From Lama glama (Eukaryota), in NCBI GenBank assembly GCA_028534125.1, contig CM052817.1:78990001-79054000 (forward strand): a stretch of DNA of 64,000 nucleotides, in the 5' to 3' direction. The position numbers were made by a program, and so were the translations under genes. The stretch's first letter is position 1. Each line of letters starts with the position of its first letter. Shown here piece after piece: positions 36,976 to 49,780 of the stretch. The notes beneath the pieces were generated by a model. It was given only the letters and a program-made list of their open reading frames with translations. It was not told where the DNA came from and made no database searches.

Positions 36976-39900
36976 CTGATACAAGAATGCTGTTCAAGTG
37001 AAAATCTAACCTTCTGCTCAGATTAAACCAACTGCACCAGAGCACATGAATTTAACAGGATTTAAAGGAAAGTCTTAAGAGACTCTGGGTTTTTAAATCT
37101 CATCCTAGAGTTAAGTATGTTGATGAGTTCTTTCTGACACACATCCATCAATTAAGGATGATGAGTAGGAAGAGGGGGATTGAAATCCCCACAAGCAAAC
37201 AACCTGATGTCACTTATCACATCAAAATATATAACTCAAGAGATGTGAAACACATGGTAGAACACAAAACCGCTCTGTGTTCCCTGAACAGTCCTGGGAT
37301 GGAGGGTAGAACCAAACATCTCATTTTTCTTTCTATTTTAAGCCTGTTTCCCAATCCCATCCTTCACCCCCACCCATAGGCAATCATTCTTTTAAGTTTA
37401 AAGTATGACTGGGTGTTCTGGACAAATGTATAGGGTTGTTTTGTGTCCATTTTTATTTTTCACAAATTACAGTTTGAGATACATATATATACATCCATAT
37501 ACAGAGATGGACAACATGCACATATATTTCTGTTTCTTTTCCACTGTACGCCTATGCAGTGAGGCCCTCCACATTGCAATGTGTAACAGCATAACTAACT
37601 GCCACATAGCACTCAGGGTTGCATCTAGCACTTCCTACCTATCTACTCCCTGCTACTGTCAACCGCTTTCTTACTAACTCTCCAATACTGCAAATAGTGC
37701 CCAATAAAGATCCTCACACATGTCCCCTATGCAATATATGTAGACATTTCATTAAGATACACACCCAGGAGCAGAACTGGTACATCACAGGGTTTATACA
37801 TATTTAATAGAACAAAGGATGACCTGTCCCAGTCTACGGTGGGTGCATAAGTCTACACATTGGTGCATAAGGATGCCTGTATTTCCACAGCACCAGCAAT
37901 GCTTGGCAGTAAAAGCTTTAGTTACTAACAGCTTTGTTGAAACATAAATGACATAGAATACGTGTATATGAAATATACAACTAAGCTTTAAAATAGGTAT
38001 ACATATGGGAAACTATCACCACAATCAAGATAATGAATCACTCTCAAGAGCGTTCTTGAGAACTTTTGTTGTCTTTCTAATTTCTATGTCACTGGTTTCT
38101 GAACTGACCCACCTTATTTTTCCTTATGATTACTTTGGGTTTCATTTGCTCTTTTTATAGTTTCTTAAGTTGATGTTTTTGCTTGGAGAACTTTCTTTTC
38201 TCTAATATAAGCACTTAGAACATAACATTTCATCCTAAATACTGCTTCAGATATAGCCCACAAATTATGAATTACTTTCTAGTAAAATTGTTACTTAGTT
38301 TCCAAATATTTGGGGATTTTCCAGGTATCTTTCTGTGATTAATAACTACTCTCCTTCCATTATAATTACATTACATACTTTGTATGACTTGAATCTTTTT
38401 AAATTTATTGAGACTTATGGCCCGGGCTATGATCTATCTTGATAAACGTTCCATGAGTATTTGAAAAGGATTCATTTTCTACAATTGTTAGCCTGAGTGG
38501 TCTGTAAATGTCAATTTGGTTCATAGAGCAGTTTAAGCAATTTAATTTCTTACTGTTTTTCTGTCTATTTGCTCTCTCAGTTATTGAAAGATAGCTTGAA
38601 ATTTGCAACTAGAACTATTGCTTTGTCTATTTCTCTTTTTTTTTTGCTTTCATGTATTTTGAAGTTCTGTTATTAGATGCATAAATATTTAGGACTGTTA
38701 AATTCTCTTGATGAATTGATACTCTCATTCTGAAAAAGCCCTCTTTATCCCTTATAACAGTTGTATCTGAAATCTACTTTGTCAGCTATAAATATAGCAA
38801 GTCCAGATTTCTTTGGATTGGTGTTAGCCTGGTTAATCTGTCTTTTGGACAGTTTATATTTAAAGTGATTATCAATATGATTGAATTTAAATCTATCATC
38901 TTGTAATTTGTTTTCTACTTGTCCTGTTCCTTGGTTTCTTTTTCCTCTTTTTCTGCCTTCTTTTGGATAAACTAAGTAATTATTAATGATTTCACTTTAT
39001 CTTTTTTTTTGGTGGTGGTTTGTTTTGTTATTTTTTGTGGTTGCTGTAGAATTTATAGTATACATCTTTAACTTACCAACTCTGCCTCCAAGTGATATTA
39101 TTCAACTTCATGCATAATATACTTCTTTCTCTGTTCTTGGGTTTTTGCTGTTGTCAGATATTTTCCTTCCACATACGTTATAACCCCCAAAATACACTGT
39201 ATTACTGTTGCTTTAAACAGTCAATTATATTTTAAAGAGATTTAAATAAGAAAAAAAAATGTGTATTTACCCACATGGTTACTGCTTCCAGTGCTCTTCA
39301 TTTGTGAAGCTCTAAATTTCCACCTTGTATCATTTTCCTTCTGCCTCAAAGATCTTCTCTAACACTTTTATAGTGCAGGTCTACTACTGACAGATTATTC
39401 AGTTTTTGTATCTCTGAAAAGGTCTTTGTTCTGATTTCTGAAAGATATTTTCATAAGCATCTAAATCTGGTTGACAATATTTTCTTTTAGTTATTAAAGA
39501 TTTTGCTTCACTGCTTCTAGCTAGCATTGTTTCTGATGAGAAATCTGCTATCAACTTTATTTTTGTTTCTCTACATGTAGTCTTTTTAGTATAATTATAG
39601 CTTATTGATTTTTCTCAAAACATCCAGTACTTTTCAATGAAGCCAAAGTTTCAAGTACCTTTCTGCAGTAATTTCAAACCTCCCCTCAAACTGTAAACAA
39701 AGATTTTTTTTTCCTACATAGTTTCATGAATATGAAGCACTACATATTAGTATGAGGATCAGGCTTTCTAGGACGAAATGTAAAAAAGGCAAAAAGGAAA
39801 TGTAATTACAGATAAAATCATCATCCAAAGTAATACAAAGAAATCTTTCTTTTCTGTGGCTGCTTTTTAAGATTTTTCTCTTTTCACCAGTTTTATACAG

Positions 39901-41254
39901 CTCGATTCTGCTATGTCTTGCTATAGTTTTCTTCATACTTCTTGTGCTAAGAGTTGAACATCTTGTAGCTGCTCAACTCAGGGTCTCTCCTGGGGTAACT
40001 TTCCCTGCACTGTGGCCTGAACACTCTCTCCAGTTAATAAGATGGTGAAATATTGGTGTCACCTCTTTTGTTTCCTGACTGTCAAGGATCATTATCCCTT
40101 GTTTCAAGGTCTCCTAAAATACAATTTTGAAAATCATTTTCTCATATATTTTGTCCAAAATTTTAGTTGTTTCAGGCAAGAGGGTAAACCCAGTCCCTGC
40201 TGACCTATTTGGTTGGAAACAGGAGTTCCATCTTTGTGTTTCATAGCTGTGTAGTGATACCTCATTTCAACTTAAATTTCTGATTATAAATGGGTTTCTC
40301 TTCATATGTACGATAGCCTTTCTGTTTCCCTCTCTGTAAAATGACTATTTGTATCTTTTGCTGATTTTCAATTTGCTCTTTTTTCAGAAGCCTATTTTTC
40401 AGCTTCTTGAATATTTTAGATACTCGTCCCTAGTGAGCTTTATATATACAAAATATTTACTCCCATTCCATCATCTGTCCCTTAACTGTCCACTTATTAA
40501 TAACTATTCCATTCTTCAACTGCATAACAACTATCCTCCATTAGTAAAAAAAAAAATCTTATTTTTTAATTAAAATCAAACTTGTTATACAATTTGTTTT
40601 TAAAGTTTTCTTTGGCAAATCCTGCTCTGATTTGTCTCCAGTTTACAAAGGATCTCCAACATATTTTTCTATTAACTCTACAATTTTACCTTCACACCTA
40701 AGTCTGTAATCCATCTTAAAGTCCATGTGGTATCAGGTATTTCATTCCATATAGTTAACCAATTTCCCTGTACATTTAATGTAGCTTTCCCCGTTTATTT
40801 GTGGTGCCATATTTTTGTATGTTAACTCACTTCATATGCATATAATTTTGTTTTAAAGAAGTCTTTTTTTTTTGATCTACAGGTCAGTTGTTATGCCAAA
40901 ATCTCATTTTTTTTTATTATGCTGCTTTGTAGTTTTTCAGTCTCAGTAGCTGCTAGGTATTAAGAACCTCAAACAAATTCAAGTGGAATTTTGACTCTGG
41001 AAAATATACATCTTTAGGGTACTGAACATCCTTTTAAAGATCATGTATCCATTTACTCAGATCATCTTCTGTGTCCTTTATTAGTGCCTTAACATTTTAG
41101 AGTTTTATATATTCTTGACTAAATAAATTTGCTGTATTCTTGGCTAACTAAAGTCCCTGATATATTAAACTCTTTGTTGCTAATGGATAATATCTAAATT
41201 TTACTGTATTTTAATTTAGTTCCTGTTGGTGTAGAGAAATTCTGTTGACTCTGT

Positions 41255-43520
41255 GTTTTACTTTTTATTTTGAAATAAATCTAGGTTCACAGAAGGTCAC
41301 AGCCAGTCATATGCAGCCTTTTCCAGCCTCTTCCAATGTTAACATCTTATTCAACTAAAGTACAATATCCAAAGAAACTGACACTGGTATAAGCCATACA
41401 GCTTATTCATATTTCATCAGTTACACATGGACTTATGAGTGTACATGAATGTAGCTCTGTTAAATGTTATCATCTATACACAGTTACGAGAGCACAAGTA
41501 TTATATTTGCTATAAGGTTTTGGCAAATAAGTTTTACCACATTAAGGAAGCTCCCTTCTATTCCTAACACTTCAAAAATTCATTTTAAATAACTGTTGTA
41601 CCATATCAAGTGCCCTTTCTGTATCATCTGAGATAATTATTTTTCTCTATTAATATTTTAATGTGATGAATTACATAAATAGATTTTCTGATGTAAAATC
41701 ATCCTGCATAACAATAATAGAATTTACCTGATCACGTATTCTGGCTCACATAATTGGATTCAGTACCATAAGAGTCCTTACTCTCACCCTTTAAAGTCAA
41801 AACCATTCACTCTCCAGACCCACTCCTAAACCCTAACAACCACTACTAAATTCTCTATCTCTATATTTTGTCAGAAGGATTTGTAAGTGGAATCATACAG
41901 CATGAGAACTTTTGAAATTATTTAACTCAGCATAATGCTCTTAGAGCCATCCAAGTTTTACATGTATTAACAGTTCATTCCTTGATATTGCTGAGTAGTA
42001 TTCTATAATATGGATAATACTAGAGTTGGTTTTTTTTTTAATCTTTTGTATAGTTTCTAGTTTAGGGCTCTTGTGATTAAAATTGCTATGAACATTTGTG
42101 TGCAAGGTCCTGCATGAAAATAAATCTTCATTTCTCTAGAATAAATGCCCAGAAGTACACCTGCTGCATCTTATGGCAAATCCATTTTTAGTTTTGAAAA
42201 TAACTGCCAAGTTATTTTCCAGCATGGCAGTACCATTTACATTGTCCTCTGCAGTGTATCAGGGATGCAGCTCCTCCAATTCTTTGTCAGCATTTGGTAC
42301 TAGTGTTAGAGCAGGCAGAGAGCTAGATATGAGCAGAGAAAGGGGGACACAGACCAAATGGCAGGAATTGGGCAGAAAGGAGGGGCACAGGCCAAATGCA
42401 GGGAATCACACATCATGTAAGCAGCAGGGATTCCTGGGCAGAGAAAGAAAAGCTGGAATCGTTGGGCTGATAAGGGGCCACACCTTTTGGCCTGGAGACC
42501 CACAAAGAAAGGTCAGAAAAGGCAGAAATTTCCAGTGTCCAAATGTAACCTTTTGCTCATTATGCCCTCATTTCAATAAAATTAGCCTTGCAGATCAGAA
42601 GTACCCATCATGCACCGACACCATGACACTTCCGATCCAGACTAAATAAGGACAAAAATCCCTCCTCCCTTCGGGAAGGTGGAGTTGTGATGATAATCAG
42701 GGAATACGACCCCAAACCCTTCCCTCCCCAGTGAATATTCCGCTCATTCATTTTTACACCCTATGTAGCTAACTTGCTAAAGAAACTCAGGGCAGCCGCT
42801 CACCTGAGCCTGCCCGCTCTCCTCTGAGAGTGTACTATCCATCCTTTAATAAATTTTCACTTTACCTTTTTTAACCTCTAAGTCTTGTCTCTGAATTCCT
42901 TCTGGGACGGGACAAGAACCTGGAACACCGGTTGCATCTATCGGCAACACTATCACTATTGTGTTTTACTTGAGTCATTATGATAGGTGTGTAGTGGTAT
43001 CTCAGAGTTTTAATTTTCATTTCTCTAATAGCTAATGATGTTGAAACTCTTCTCTCTTATTTATCTGCATACCCTCCTTGGTGAAGTGACTGTTCATGGT
43101 CTTTTGCCCATTTTCTAATTAGATTGTTTATCTTCTTAACACTGGGTTTTGTTTAACTTCTTAATATTGAGTTTTGAAAGTTTAATACATTCCAGATATT
43201 AGATCTTTGCTGGATATTTGACTTAGAAATATTTCCTTTCAGTCTGTAGTTTGTCTTTTCATCCTTTTAACAGTGACATTCACAGAGTAAAAGTTTAATT
43301 TCAGTGAGGCACAATTTATCAGTTTTTCCTCTTATACATCATGCTTTTGGTGTCTAGTCCTTGCCTAGTTCTAGGGCTTGAGTATTTTTTCCCCATAATC
43401 TTTTCTAGAATTTTTATAATTTACATTTAACATGTTAAGTCCATGAGTATTTTGAGTTAATTTTTGTGTAAGCTGTGAGGCTTAGACTGAGGTTTTTTCT
43501 TGCCAGTTTATGTCCAATTA
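41255..43520 (-). mobile_element. L1 3' portion nested in an older L1
   Basis: Begins with the T-rich tail ctttttattttgaaataaat. Degenerate TSD TCTGTTGACT (41241) / TCTGTTGGCT (43521). Confidence 0.75.
42304..42949 (+). mobile_element. Complete, relatively young ERV1-class solo LTR (646 bp)
   Basis: Termini TGTT...AACA, 4-bp TSD CTAG/CTAT, AATAAA at 42848 and many retained CpGs. It interrupts a contiguous L1. Confidence 0.9.
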
Positions 43521-46500
43521 TCTGTTGGCTTTTTAACTTGGTCTTATATCTGGCAAACTTACTGAAATCTGTTATCAGTAATAACAGCTTCTTGTTGATT
43601 TCAGTGCTCTTTTATGTAACATTATAGTCTGAAGATAAGAAGTTTTACCTCTGCCAACATTTACATGTTAGTTATTTTTTTCTGGTAGTGTTAGCCAGGA
43701 CGTCTCACTCTATTTTAAATCGTTAGTGAGAACTGGCAGCTTTTTCTCTTCTCCTGTCCTTGAGAGATACCATCTCCATTTTCTCCATTAGGTATAATAT
43801 TTGCTATAAGGTTTTGACAAATAACTTTAACCACATTAAGGAGGCTCCCTTCTATTCCTAACTTACTTTAAAAATTTATTTAAATAACTGCTGTACCATA
43901 CCAAGTGCATTTTCTGTATCATCTGAGATCATTTTTCTCTATTAATATTTTAATATGGTGAATTACTTTGACAGGTTTTTCTGATGTAAAATTATCCCTG
44001 CATAACTAAAATAGAGCCTACTTGATCATGTAGTTGGTCCACACGATTGGATTCAGTTAGCTGATATTTTATTTAAGATTTTTTACCTCTGAGACCATAA
44101 GTAACAAATGTCTATAATTTTCTTGCATTACTCTTGTCTGGTTTTGGAATCTTGATTTCATTTGCCTCATAAAATAAGGTAAGCAACTTAGCCTTTTTAT
44201 TTTCTGTAATAACTTAAGAAAAAAATTACTCAGACTTGAAAAATTAGTAGAAATCATCTGTAAAAATATTTGGGTTTGAGGTATCTTGATTATAATTTCA
44301 ATCTACTTAACACTTACTGGTCAACTCAGGTCACTTTTCTTTTTGCCAATTTTGGTGACATTGTTTTCTGTAAGAACCTTCCTTGGATTCAGTCTGGTAT
44401 TTAACATGGTGGATCCATAACAAAGTCAATCCTTCTAAGTCTCTATGTGGATTATATAAAGTATTAAAAAAAATTGTCACCATTTTCTCTACCAAGACTC
44501 TAGAAGCACCACCAAGGACATCCTGGAGGTTCTGAATGGACCAGGCATGCCCAAGACCTGCAGGGTCTTACTGGCCTTTAGCTATTGAAGCATATAGCTA
44601 ACTGGCTATAAAAATAACATTTGCTTTTATGCAATTGTCCTAGTGTAGTGTACTCAATATTTTATATCCCCACTAGAGTTAGTTTCCAAATCTGTTTCCT
44701 ATTTTCCACAACTTGCTTGTCTTGGCTGACTTAATATTTACCTTTTCTTAGTTTACTTTTCATAGATTATTTCCTGCTAGCAATCAATAACTTTCCTCTA
44801 GACTCTAAAATATCTTTTGCCTCTCATTGTATCTGGAGAGTTGCAATTTAGCAGGCTTTGAAAGGTTCCCAGTTGGAGAAGGGATACAAGTTAGGTGTGA
44901 TTGCCTTTGATTCTCATCTGTCTGCCCTAATCATTGCCTATCCTTCAACTCCACTCACTTCTCAAAAAAAAAAAAAAAAAGTAATAATAATTTCAAAGAA
45001 TAGTTTTCTTCAAAGCAAATTACTTCTCTTCAAATTCTCATTTTTCTGTTAGGATAATTGACTAACATACCAGTTTGTCTGCTGACACAGTAGCTTGTAG
45101 TTACCTCATTATTTATCACCTGAAATCAGGCTAACGGCACCATATTTCTCCTGGGGATTCCCTCAGATAAAAAGCCACATGTAGTACAAAGTGGATTTGG
45201 AGGTATGCATATTTACATAGTTTGTCTTACAGTAAACAAACAAACAAAAAACCACTACACACAATTTAAATAGTATTGCTTAAATGGCACCGTATAAGTA
45301 AATTTCAGCACATTAAGCATTATCAAACTGCAGTCAGACTCCTAGCACATGGTAAAATTCTCCTAACTGCCACTCAACATACTGGATCATTCATAAAACA
45401 AAGAAATGGTAAGTAAAATAAAAGGACTATAGCTAAACAGAGAACTGGAGTCCTTATGACCTTTTATTTTCTGATCTCCTGGATAGAGTTTCTCTTGAAT
45501 AAACATTAAGAAAGAAACTGAATTGGGATAGAAAACATCATCCACTGATTCAAAATTTTAAAATATTGCTTATTTTCTATCAATAAAATATATTATAAAA
45601 TGTTCAATATTACTGATAATCACTCATTTAAAATTTTATTAAATATAGTCTACAATTGATAGGCACTTTGCCCAATTCTAGAAACTCAAAGATGAACACA
45701 TCATTTTTTCTGCCTTCAATATTTCTAAAATAAAATGGAGTGACAAAGCATCTACAAGTTTATTTCCCCATGGAAACTATGAATTTAAGATAATCAGAAT
45801 TGAGCAGCTATGCATCTTAATTTGGTTAAAAAAAAGAAGTGCAGAGAGTTTGTCTCCCATCACTGATGCAAAAAACAAGAGCATAGCAATGGTAGTTCAA
45901 GATGGTGGTAAAGGAAAATCCTGAACTCACATCCTCCTACAGACACACTAAATCTACACTTACATATGGAGCAGTTCTTGCTGAAAAAGACCTGAAAACT
46001 AAGAACAGCTCCTTCACAACAAATGGTAAAGGGGCCACCCTGAGATGAGAAGAAGCAAAGATGTAGTCTTGCCAAAAACTCCACCCCCAGTACAGCAACT
46101 CCTAATTGGGAGGTACCTCACCATTCCAGGATTTCTCCCTGAGAAGTGAGAATTTTATGCCCACATCTGGCACCCCCAACCCTTGGGACATGCACTGGAG
46201 AGACAGGCCCCCAAACGTCTGGCTTTGGAAGCCACACGGCTCACATCCAGACCTGAAGAGCTACAGGGAGCTATGATACTTCCCTTTAAGGGCTCAATAC
46301 CAACTCATTTGCTGCAGGGACCAGTGCAAAAGCAGCAGTATGAAAAGCACCTAAATTATTTGTGAAAAGATTCATTTGCTAATCTTGAAGCATCTGCCAG
46401 AGGGCAAGGATCTGTCTGGACTCTCTAGAGACTGAGGCACTGGTGGCTGCCATTTTTGAACTCCCTTTTCACTTTGATAGTGCAGATGGGTGTGCCCCAG

Positions 46501-47486
46501 TCTTGGGCTCCCCGTGGCTACATGAAAACCAGAGGGCATGCGCCAACCCTGTGCTCCGCAGTGGTCTCACAAAAGCCAGCAGGTGCACCCCAGCCCTGCA
46601 CTCCCCCGCTGTCCTTGGAAACCTGGACGGCGCACCTGGATGCGCACGCTCCTACTGCCTCACTTGAGTCGGCAGGTTAAATACACACAAGAAGTGCTTC
46701 TTAATTCCTCTGGTTTTGGTGACTGGAGGGGCTTATGTTCCTGGGTCCCACAGGACAGTAACAATCAGACAGTTTTTAGCAGGCCACTATTACAGGGCAA
46801 TACAATGATAGACTTAAACACATCCCCAATCCTGTGAAAAAGGCCTTTTTACTGAATTCTGGAACTTCAGCCTGAGGGGCAGAATTCAGGTTTGTCAGGC
46901 ATCTAGAAGCTACAGAGCTGCTCTCGAGGAACATCTGTGGAGGGACACCATCTCTGCACTCTCCCTTGACCTTGCTACGGCTAACTGGCACTGACCAGAA
47001 AGGAGCTTATAACACAGCCATCTGACACCCAAATTTCTGCACTCTAACTGAGGGTACCCCTCCAGATTGCCTGGCCTGGAAGCCATGAGGGTTTATAAAT
47101 ACAGTTCCACAGGACTATTTATTTGCTTATTTTAAAAGCTGCTGCCTGAGAATCTGGCTTCCAGTCAACCTAAAACTAGGTTCTAACTGAGATTTCTCCC
47201 TTTGAAACACTGACAGATCTTGGCACACCCTCAACTGGCACCTATCAAGAATAAATCAGGCTGCTTAGACAGTCACAAGGATTTGAGAGACAATCTACAG
47301 CTAGGACAAACTTTAAAGATAAGGTTTATCTCCTTCAAGCCACTCCTTCAAGACAGGGAGAGGTAGCTTTTTTGTCTAATACACAGAAACAAACACAGAA
47401 TGTCAAACAAAGAGAAAACAGAAGTATATTCCAAAAGAAAGAACAAGATAAAACCTTAAAAAAAAAAAACAAACCAAAAAACTTGA

Positions 47487-48333
47487 AAACAGAATCCAAC
47501 ACATAAAATGGATCATACACTAGGATCAAGTTGGGTTCATCCCAGGGACACAAGGATGGTTCAACATATGCAAATCAATCAATGTGATACACCATATCAA
47601 CAAAAGTACAAAAATTATATGATCATTTCAATAGATGCAGAAAAAGCATTCAATAAAAATCAACGCCCAATTACAATAAAAACTCTTACCAAAGTGAGTG
47701 TAGAGGGAACATGTCTCAACATAATTAAAACTATTTGTGATAAACCCACAGCCAACATAATACTCAATGGTGAAGTTAAAAGTCTTCCCACCAAAATCCG
47801 AAACAAGACAAGGATGCCCGCTCTTACCACTTCTAGTCAACATATTCAAAGTCCTAGCCATAGCATTCAGACAAAAAAAAAAAAGAAGAAATAAAAGAGA
47901 TCCAAATTGGAAGAGAAGAAGTAAAACTGCCACTATGTGCAGATGACATGATACTATACATAGAAAACCCTAAAGGCTCCACTCAAAAACTATTAGAGCT
48001 GATAAAAGAATTTGGCAAGGTAGCAAGATACAAGATTAACATACAGAAATCTGTTGCATTTCTTTAAACTAACAATGAAATATCAGAAAAGGAAAGTAAA
48101 GAAATAATTCCTTTTAAAATCGCACCTAGAAAAATAAAATACTTAGGAATAAATCTGACCAAGGAAGTGAAAGACATATGCAGAGAACTACAAAACACTG
48201 ATTAAGGAAATTAAAGATGACTTTAAAAAATGGAAAGATATCCCATGCTCTTGGATTGGAAGAATTAATATCATTAAATGGCCATACTACCCAAAGCCAT
48301 CTACAGATTTAATGTAATCCCTATCAAATTACC
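47487..48333 (+). mobile_element. Internal ORF2 (RT) fragment of a younger L1 sitting where the host ORF1 should be
   Basis: ORF 47508-47894 contains [12 protein letters not shown]. There is no 3'UTR or poly(A). It is flanked by ORF1-start-like and ORF1-end-like host sequence. Confidence 0.8.
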
Positions 48334-49780
48334 AAATTAGCCAAATAAGAAATGTTATAGGAACTTCTTTAAGCTGAAGAGAAAGGGCATTAAATAGTAA
48401 CAGAAAACATGAAAATATAAATCTCACTAGTAATGATAAATATATAGTAAAATTAGTGGATTAATCACTTATAAAGTAGTATGAAGGTTAAATGCAAAAG
48501 TAGTAAAAATATAACTACAGTAATCAATTAAGGAATATTCAAAACAAAAAGATGTAAAATGTGATATCAAAAATATAAAACATGAGTGGGGGAGTAAAAA
48601 TATTGAGTTTTACAATTATGTTCAAACTTGAGTTACTACCAACTTAAAATGGACTTTTATATATAGGCTGTTACATGTGAGCCTCATGGTAACCACAAAG
48701 CAAGTGTAGTAGATACACAAGAAAATAATAAGAAATATAAGCATAACACTAAAGAATTTCATCAAACTGCAAAGGAAGCAAGAAAAGAAGAAAGAGAGAC
48801 CTACAAAACAGCAACAAAATTAACAAAATGGCACTAAGTACCATTTCTATCAATAATTACTTTAAATGTAAATAGACTAAATTCTCCAATCAACAGACTC
48901 AGGGTGGCTGAATGGATTTTTAATGCCCCATATATATATACATATGTGTGTGTGTGTGTGTATATGTATGCTTTCTACAAGAGACTTACCTCAGATGTAA
49001 GGACACACATGAACTAAAAGTGAAGGGATGGAAAAAGATGTTTCAAGCAAATGGAAACCAAAAGAAAGCTAAAGTAGCCAGATTTAAATCAGGAAAAAAA
49101 CAGACTTTAACAAAGACTAATAAAAGACAAAAGGCATTACATAATAAAGTAGTCAATCCACCAAGAGAGTATTTGTCAATATGTATGTACTCAACCTAGG
49201 AGCACCTAAATATATAAAGCAAATATTAACAGACTTAAATGGAGAAACTGACAGCAGTACAATAGTAGGGAAATTTAATATCCCATTATCACCAATGGCT
49301 AGCTCTTCTAGACAGAAAATCAACAAGGAATTATCAGCCTTATATGACACATTATACCAGATGAACCTAACAGATACACACAGAACATTCCATTCAAAAG
49401 CAGAATACAAATTCTTGTCAACTGCATATGGATCATTCTCCACGATAAATCAAATGTCAGGACACAAAATAAGTGTCAATAAATTTAAGAAGACTGAAAT
49501 CATATCAAGCATCTTTCCCAACCATAGCAGTATAAAACTAGAAATCACCTACAAGAAGGAAACTGGAAAGTTTCACAAATATATGGAGATTAAACAGCAT
49601 GCTACTGAACAATCAGTTGATCAACAAAGAAATCAAAGGAGAAATAATGTATCTTGAGACAAGTGAAAATGGAAATGCAATTTACCAAAATCTATGGGGT
49701 GCAGCAAAGGCAGTTCTAAGAGGAAATCCATAGCAATTCAGGCCTACCTCAAGAAACAAGAAAAACTCCAAATAAATAAT

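Larger units (their letters stand above)
37340..44350 (-). mobile_element. Cluster of old L1 fragments in reverse orientation (nested)
   Basis: Continuous T-rich minus-strand L1 motifs. ORF 38405-38608 (HGTFIKIDH) is endonuclease-domain-like and ORF 39724-39936 (KTIARH..I.L.K..EKRKILK) is ORF1-like. Confidence 0.8.

Noticed and set aside
42173..42649. 158-aa ATG-initiated ORF
   Set aside because: It is a chance read-through from antisense L1 into LTR U3, with no recognisable protein.
46183..46991. GC-richer patch with several ORFs, as a gene promoter or CpG island
   Set aside because: It lies within the 5'UTR of the TSD-bounded L1 at 45887-55405.
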